Assembly (NCBI GenBank): GCA_964421955.1
Contig: CAYQYU010000006.1
Coordinates: 8,382 to 64,383, forward strand
Length of the DNA: 56,002 nt
Direction: 5' to 3'
From: an uncultured archaeon
GTDB lineage: Archaea; Nanohalarchaeota; Nanosalinia; Nanosalinales; Nanosalinaceae
The translations under genes and the position numbers were made by a program. The notes below the pieces were generated by a model. That model made no database searches and was not told the DNA's origin. It saw only the letters and a list, made by a program, of their open reading frames with translations. Below are positions 54,319 through 56,002 of this stretch, one piece after another (within the stretch, counting starts at the first letter, position 1; each line of letters starts with the position of its first letter).

Positions 54319-55608
54319 ATGTCACAATCTGAAGAACGACAGCACGACAACATCAACGAAAATTTCTCAAAATCTGACGAAGTATCTGACGGCAACAAGG
54401 AAGCTGTTAGAGAGTTCTGCCGTGAACTTGCTGTTCAGGATGTTTCCAAGAGAAGAAGAGCCAAGTATGTGAGCAACTGGCATACCATTCTAAGGAAATT
54501 TGCTCCTGAAGATTTTGACATCCGGACCGCCAGTAGGGATGAACTGAAGCTCATAGTTGGTCGAATAAACGACTCAGGCTACGCAGAAACCACCAAGGCA
54601 GATTTCAAGTTAGCAATTAAGTACTGGTACAAAGTTGTACTTGGTGAATTAGACACGGAAAAATATCCTGACAGAGTTCAGTTCATATCCACAACAGCGG
54701 ATAGTGATGACGCAGACAAATTCATTCTCTCACAGAGAAAAATCCTCGAACTTATAGAGGAGTGTCACAACGATAGAGATAGAGCTATGCTCAAACTCCT
54801 CTATGAAGGAGGTTTGAGACCGGGAGAACTTATGGCTCTCCAGATAGAGGACATCAAATTTACAGAGAAAGGTGTCAGAGTAAATATTCCTCCTGTCAAG
54901 ACTGGTTCGAGAAGCATCCTTGTTGTGGAGTCAGAGAGATATCTGAAGAACTGGCTTCAGAAACATCCACACAAGGATAAAGACCAAGCTCCTCTCTGGA
55001 TGAAAATAGAGCAAACTGAGAATGAGCACTATAAGGATTCCCAACTGTCGTATGACTCTATGCGTCAGTTGTTGAAGAGAAACGCCAATAGGTGTGATAT
55101 AGGAACTTATATGGACTGGGCGAGAAATCCGGACGGCTCTAAGAAAATAGACGGAGATGAATATCCTAAGAGGGTTGAGAGAACCAAGGTTATTCCTTAT
55201 ACCTTCCGCCATAGTAGAGCTACTCACCTTGCAGTGGATATGAGTGAGGCTGCTATGAAACAGTACTTTGGCTGGACTCAGGACTCAGATATGCCTCGTG
55301 TCTATATCCATCTATCGGGTAGAGACATCGACTCTGAAATCCTCGATTACTATGGCATCGAGATAGAAGAAGATGAGGAAGACAAGGGAAAGAACTGTCC
55401 TCGATGTGGTAGATTCTATGAGGGGGTGGAGGATTTCTGTCCTAAATGTGGAAGTCCTTTTGACTTCCAGACAGCGACCGACCACACAGAATTAGAGGAA
55501 TCGGGTGAAAGAGTTCTTGACGAGAGAGTAAGTGGAATGGATGACGATGAACTTATGGATAGACTTGACCTTCTAAGGAAGGAAATGGAGGACAGAGTTT
55601 CCTCCTGA
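54319..55608 (+). CDS. Tyrosine recombinase/integrase with C-terminal zinc ribbon
   Basis: GLRPGE (R), VKTG (K), YTFRHSRAT, FGW, RVYIH (Y); CPRC...CPKC. Confidence 0.95.
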   Translation: MSQSEERQHDNINENFSKSDEVSDGNKEAVREFCRELAVQDVSKRRRAKYVSNWHTILRKFAPEDFDIRTASRDELKLIVGRINDSGYAETTKADFKLAIKYWYKVVLGELDTEKYPDRVQFISTTADSDDADKFILSQRKILELIEECHNDRDRAMLKLLYEGGLRPGELMALQIEDIKFTEKGVRVNIPPVKTGSRSILVVESERYLKNWLQKHPHKDKDQAPLWMKIEQTENEHYKDSQLSYDSMRQLLKRNANRCDIGTYMDWARNPDGSKKIDGDEYPKRVERTKVIPYTFRHSRATHLAVDMSEAAMKQYFGWTQDSDMPRVYIHLSGRDIDSEILDYYGIEIEEDEEDKGKNCPRCGRFYEGVEDFCPKCGSPFDFQTATDHTELEESGERVLDERVSGMDDDELMDRLDLLRKEMEDRVSS

Positions 55609-55705
55609 CCCTTTCTTATCTTGGTTATTATCGAGGATATGCGCACAGAATTTTCGACCTGATACTTTCTACAAATAACTAAAACTTCGAGGTCAAGATA
55701 GGTTT

Positions 55706-56002
55706 ATGGAAGAATCTAAGAATGATGCAGAAAATACTGTAAGGAGATTGATTGAGGAAGAACTTGGTGAGAAAGATTTTAATCTAACTTCTCCCTCGGT
55801 TGGCGATGCCAATCATACATTCATAGTGGATGAGGATTATGTAGTTAAACTGGAGAAGAATGAGGACTGGACTTCTGGATGGCAGGAAGAAATGTTCAGA
55901 GAGACCGCAGTACTAAAAATTCTTCAAGAGAATGAAACCCTTCAGATACCTAAGGTAATCAAGACTGGTAGAATAGAAGGACGATATTATAGGATAATAG
56001 AA
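55706..56002 (+). CDS. APH/choline-kinase-like phosphotransferase, 3'-truncated by window edge (not in ORF track)
   Basis: GDANHTFIVDEDYVVK...RETAVLKIL...IPKVIKTG...YYRIIE; open to window end. Confidence 0.75.
   Translation, partial: MEESKNDAENTVRRLIEEELGEKDFNLTSPSVGDANHTFIVDEDYVVKLEKNEDWTSGWQEEMFRETAVLKILQENETLQIPKVIKTGRIEGRYYRIIE

Overview
This window looks like the chromosome of a small halophilic DPANN archaeon, most likely Nanohaloarchaeota (inferred from the very acidic proteins, compact genes, fused PriS-PriL primase and archaeal informational gene order). It is mostly housekeeping: Tat, RNase J, GluRS, PPase, XPB, XPD, Nre, PCNA, primase, GINS, RNA polymerase subunits, ribosomal proteins, aIF2a, aIF5B, enolase, Suf genes, and the C/D sRNP proteins L7Ae, Nop5 and fibrillarin, with single ORFans interspersed. 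All three tRNA genes (CAT, Val-GAC, Gly-TCC) carry structured 61-101 nt introns at position 37/38. Most interesting observations: (1) a 640-bp single-gene (RDD) unit bounded by an exact 18-bp duplication of the tRNA-Gly 3' end, directly upstream of a tyrosine integrase and further cargo; (2) similar short GAAAAYC/GRTTTTC-type hairpins in tRNA introns, a tRNA leader, a ribosomal-protein spacer and an in-frame 54-nt insertion in msrB; (3) a tRNA(CAT) intron with a 9-nt antisense to its own anticodon loop that fits the box C/D D+5 rule for C34; (4) a T/G-skewed mosaic NHL-repeat gene; (5) an inserted methyltransferase-V4R-degenerate acyl-CoA ligase-KaiC-like cluster. All calls come from reading motifs by eye; no database searches were run.
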